37,855 nt of DNA, taken from a virus. Taxonomy: Duplodnaviria > Caudoviricetes. A program made the position numbers and the translations under genes. The notes under the pieces are model-generated. The model had not been told where the DNA came from and ran no database searches. It was given only the letters and a program-made list of their open reading frames with translations. Below are positions 34,598 to 37,855 of this stretch, piece by piece (the stretch's first letter is position 1; each line of letters begins with the position of its first letter). The stretch lies in the IMG/VR virus record IMGVR_UViG_3300020045_012128, positions 1 through 37,855 of that record. One strand, given 5' to 3'.

Positions 34598-36766
34598 ATG
34601 AAATTTAAAATATCCGTTGTTACGAATTTTCGTGACAACCAACCATCCGATAAAACCCTGACCTATGACGAACTGGAAAAGCTATTAACCACTTTTCCTA
34701 TGAACGTAAAACCTAAAGATCAAAGTAGAGGCTTTATAGCCGGACATTTTGGAAAATCACAGCGCTTAACGACAAATTTACTTAGCAGAACGCTAATAAC
34801 TCTAGACGTAGATCATTACAATAGCGATTTAACGAGCTTAGACGCCCTTTTAACGAGAGATTTAGAGGGTCAACGGTACATTGCCTATTCAACCTCATCT
34901 CATACGTTTAAAAGGCCTAAAATCAGGATTGTCGTATTACTAGAAAAAGATATACCGACTGAACATTATAGAACCGTAGCATTGAACTATATAGAAACTT
35001 TGCAATTAAGACCGTACCTTGACATAGATTCATCTACAAAACCTAATCAACTTATGTACCTGCCTAATAGACCTAATGACCAATATATCGAGTGGTCTAG
35101 GATAGAAAATGGCGATTTATTAAACCCAGATTATTATTGCGTTGATTATAGTTTTCCTGATCTAGTAGATGATATACAAGGATTAGTTGCTATTAAGCAT
35201 AAAAAAGTAAAATCGGTTGATAAAAAAGTTAATTTAGATAATATGTTATTAACTATTAGAAACCAACCTTTAGATATAAAAGATAATAAAATAAGAGATA
35301 TTCTAAGTTCTTATAAAGCTGAAAACGTAGACTACAAATCATGGATTGAAGTGGGTATGGCTTTATCACATCAATATCAAGGATTAATCGAAGGAGCTCA
35401 ACTATGGTATGATTGGTCTAAATTAGATCCTAGAGATGATCATAAACATAGATTAGATAAAATAAAATATAAGTGGAACACATTTGGCGAATCTATTAAT
35501 CCAATTAAATTTTCGACAATTATAAAAAAATCTCAACAAAATAAAGTTATGAAAATAAATACTAAAGTAACTCCGATTGATATCATGACGTCAACTTTGT
35601 CTAGAACTAAATTTATTCATACTACGGGAGAAAAGCTATCGCCTCTTAATACGATAGAAAACTTTATGGTTATATTGAAGGAATACAATATTTCAATTAA
35701 TTTCGATATAATCTTAAAAAGGAAGGAAGTGTATTTTAATGATGTTTTAGAACTAGATTTAAATATCGCACAAACAAAAATTGAAAGTCTATGCATTCAA
35801 AACGGGATGTCTGCAGTTTCCGTCGCTAAATACATGGACTTTATTAAAGTTGAAACTAATAGTTGGCATGAATGGATTAAGTCAAAGGCTTGGGATGGGA
35901 AGGATCGATTATCTGATTTATATAATACGGTTGAAGTAGATCCGGAATATGTGGAACTTAAATGCAAGTATCTAAAAGCTTGGTTTATGCAAATGATACA
36001 TCTTAGTTGTTTAAATGACGGAGAAAATGGAAAGATGGGACGTTCTGTTTTGGTATTCCAAGGTGATCAGCGTATAGGTAAAACAAGTTGGTTTAAAGCC
36101 TTATGCCCTAAGACTCATCAAAAATACCTTCAAGAAGGGATGATGCTTGATACTAAAGATTCTATGAGTGTTTTAGGATGTATACAGAATGTATTTGTTG
36201 AATTAGGAGAATTAGGATCTACATTTAAAAAATCTGATTCTGATAATCTTAAAAACTTTATTAGTAGTACTACGGATCTAATAAACGTAAAGTACGTTGC
36301 TAATCATGTTTCCTATCGCAGACGAACAGTATTTTTTGCCTCTATAAATGATCATGTTTTTTTGCAAGATACTACAGGCAATACACGTTACTTAATACTT
36401 CCTGTATTAAGTTGTAACTTTAATCATGATATCGATATGCAGCAATTATACGCGCAACTTTATGTAATGGCTAAAAATGGAGATGGTTACGAGCTTGACA
36501 ATGAGTCATTAATAAAACAAAAGGATTTAAATAGTGAATTTGAGAATCCAAGCTACTTAGAAGAGAAGTTTTTAAGTATTTTTAATACTGAGCTTGAATC
36601 TAGAAGTAACATACTAAATATACCTAGTATCTTAGAGTTACTAGGTATAGTGCCAAGTTCAATAAAACAATCGCATATGACCGAGATGTCAAGAATTCTT
36701 AAGAACCTAGGTTACACTAAGCGTTCAAACAAACCTAGACATTGGCAATTACCTCCACGTAGATAA
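34598..36766 (+). CDS. Primase-helicase (N-terminal primase, PriCT-2, VirE/VapE SF3 helicase)
   Basis: ITLDVD / YST.SH...PK.R primase motifs; DY..W..VGMAL...W.DWS PriCT-2; QGDQRIGKT Walker A, ELGEL, LK.FIS, L.D.TGN.RY. Confidence 0.93.
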   Translation: MKFKISVVTNFRDNQPSDKTLTYDELEKLLTTFPMNVKPKDQSRGFIAGHFGKSQRLTTNLLSRTLITLDVDHYNSDLTSLDALLTRDLEGQRYIAYSTSSHTFKRPKIRIVVLLEKDIPTEHYRTVALNYIETLQLRPYLDIDSSTKPNQLMYLPNRPNDQYIEWSRIENGDLLNPDYYCVDYSFPDLVDDIQGLVAIKHKKVKSVDKKVNLDNMLLTIRNQPLDIKDNKIRDILSSYKAENVDYKSWIEVGMALSHQYQGLIEGAQLWYDWSKLDPRDDHKHRLDKIKYKWNTFGESINPIKFSTIIKKSQQNKVMKINTKVTPIDIMTSTLSRTKFIHTTGEKLSPLNTIENFMVILKEYNISINFDIILKRKEVYFNDVLELDLNIAQTKIESLCIQNGMSAVSVAKYMDFIKVETNSWHEWIKSKAWDGKDRLSDLYNTVEVDPEYVELKCKYLKAWFMQMIHLSCLNDGENGKMGRSVLVFQGDQRIGKTSWFKALCPKTHQKYLQEGMMLDTKDSMSVLGCIQNVFVELGELGSTFKKSDSDNLKNFISSTTDLINVKYVANHVSYRRRTVFFASINDHVFLQDTTGNTRYLILPVLSCNFNHDIDMQQLYAQLYVMAKNGDGYELDNESLIKQKDLNSEFENPSYLEEKFLSIFNTELESRSNILNIPSILELLGIVPSSIKQSHMTEMSRILKNLGYTKRSNKPRHWQLPPRR

Positions 36767-36793
36767 TTTATTGTGTTTTTATAAAATAGTTAC

Positions 36794-36822
36794 TTGACAA
36801 CTTGTACTTATACCTTTAGTTT
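36794..36822 (+). promoter_or_regulatory. Sigma70-type promoter
   Basis: TTGACA (36794-36799)-17-TAGTTT (36817-36822). Confidence 0.65.
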
Positions 36823-36864
36823 GAATAACAACTATTTTATTTAAAATTTTAAAAAGACAAAATT

Positions 36865-36957
36865 ATGAAAATTTTTATTTCTAAATTAATTATTGATTTA
36901 AAACCTACGTGGCTATATGTTGTTAACTTATGTGTAATATTAAAGAGGAACTTTTAA
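36865..36957 (+). CDS. 30-aa small ORF (not in ORF track)
   Basis: MKIFISKLIIDLKPTWLYVVNLCVILKRNF; first ATG after the promoter; stop abuts ATG 36958. Confidence 0.4.
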   Translation: MKIFISKLIIDLKPTWLYVVNLCVILKRNF

Positions 36958-37371
36958 ATGAACGTAATAGATAAGATCAAAGAAGAAAGAAACAGAATAG
37001 ATAATCTAATTATTAAAAAAATAAAAAATTATAGACTTCATGTTTCTAAAGAATTTGATGACAATAGTATACAATCTATAATTTATACAAATCTTTATGC
37101 TAACTTGAATCATAATTTATATATAGATCTATTAATTGATAGATTATTTGAACTTGGAGTTATAAAAGAAGAATCAAATAAAGAAATTACTTTTAACGAT
37201 TTAGAAAAGTTAAAACATAATATATTCGATATTATAGAAAAGTCCTATGATAACATAGAAAAGGAGATAAAGTATTTCATGCCATTAACTGGATTTAGAA
37301 GCCTAGTGGCTCTTAAATATAATATAAATTATTTATTCAATAAATTAGAGAGTAAAAATAATGAACAATAA
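36958..37371 (+). CDS. Hypothetical protein
   Basis: GAGG RBS; 137-aa ORF. Confidence 0.75.
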   Translation: MNVIDKIKEERNRIDNLIIKKIKNYRLHVSKEFDDNSIQSIIYTNLYANLNHNLYIDLLIDRLFELGVIKEESNKEITFNDLEKLKHNIFDIIEKSYDNIEKEIKYFMPLTGFRSLVALKYNINYLFNKLESKNNEQ

Positions 37372-37555
37372 AATGCTTAAACTTTCTATTGAAGATGAAG
37401 AAAGGATAGTTAAATTAATGAGTAAAATAGAAGATATAGCTGTTAATTATATATCGACCGAAGAAGCTAATTGTTTAATAATTGATATGATGTTCATGTT
37501 TAAAAGGACTATTATTAAAATAAAAAATCGTGAGATTGATTCATGGCTAATTTAG
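37361..37555 (+). CDS. Hypothetical protein
   Basis: Overlaps the upstream ORF by 11 nt; GAG RBS. Confidence 0.65.
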   Translation: MNNKMLKLSIEDEERIVKLMSKIEDIAVNYISTEEANCLIIDMMFMFKRTIIKIKNREIDSWLI

Positions 37556-37855
37556 ATGAAAATAAAATGAGAGAAATTTGTCAATATGTTTTAACTAACG
37601 TCTTAACAACAGCTGCCAATAATTTAGTTATTGAGGCTACTATATGTTTTAACATAGTTAATCAAAATGAAAATGAGTCTAGATTTAGACAAAGCAAATT
37701 CATGAAAGTAATTAATCTTATTAAAAGATCAATTTACTATTTCAAGCCACGGGATAAGGTTATGGAGTTGGATAATTATATCAAGGGTGGGGATAAATTG
37801 TCCCTATCCTTTCTCTTCTTCTTATCATTAATTCTAATGATTCAACTAAAAAGCG
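37543..37855 (+). CDS. Hypothetical protein, open to the window end (not in ORF track)
   Basis: MANLDENKMREICQY...DKVMELDNYIKGGDKLSLSF... with no stop; reads into the 78-bp repeat. Confidence 0.6.
   Translation, partial: MANLDENKMREICQYVLTNVLTTAANNLVIEATICFNIVNQNENESRFRQSKFMKVINLIKRSIYYFKPRDKVMELDNYIKGGDKLSLSFLFFLSLILMIQLKS
37778..37855 (+). repeat. 78-bp exact direct repeat, copy 2 (window end)
   Basis: Identical to 33728-33805; offset 4,050 bp. Confidence 0.97.

Larger units (their letters stand above)
1..37855. mobile_element. Tailed dsDNA phage (Caudoviricetes, myovirus morphotype), partial genome
   Basis: Ordered TerS-TerL-portal-gpF-protease-MCP-neck-sheath-tube-TAC-TMP-baseplate-fibre module plus primase-helicase, SNF2 helicase and VRR-NUC; no housekeeping host genes; both ends lie in + strand early-type genes. 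Confidence 0.97.

Noticed and set aside
33728-37855. 78-bp repeat as attL/attR or as a terminal repeat proving circularity
   Set aside because: No integrase or tRNA nearby, and the repeat matches an internal site rather than the window start; the genome is not closed.
1-37855. Alternative genetic code
   Set aside because: Core genes are full length under the standard bacterial code, and TAA, TAG and TGA all end genes at expected positions.

Overview
AT-rich (about 30% GC by eye), gene-dense, incomplete genome of a tailed dsDNA phage with a contractile (myovirus-type) tail. No integrase, att site or host flank is visible. The + strand carries early/replication genes: VRR-NUC nuclease, SNF2 helicase, small membrane proteins, a degenerate lysozyme, an XRE regulator, and at the far end a primase-helicase behind a ~0.8 kb origin-like region. 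The - strand (5505-33301) carries a complete morphogenesis module: RHH regulator, TerS, C5 methyltransferase, degenerate HNH, TerL, portal, two large fibre-like genes, gpF, protease/scaffold, two decoration paralogues, MCP, neck, sheath, tube, frameshifting chaperone, tape measure, baseplate and tail fibre. Accessory genes (an Adr1/Adr2-like beta-barrel, an MFS transporter, the XRE protein) suggest a Rickettsiales/Rickettsiaceae-type host; this is inferred from recalled family resemblance, not from a search. The most unusual signals are: (1) promoter- and terminator-bounded small non-coding RNAs whose unpaired segments are complementary to start-codon regions of phage genes, most clearly the primase-helicase leader; (2) a 78-bp exact repeat implying a 4,050-bp ori+rep circle or tandem duplication, or an assembly artefact; (3) two intact but catalytically degenerate enzymes; (4) long fibre/collagen genes inside the head module. 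All protein family calls come from motif recognition and gene order only.
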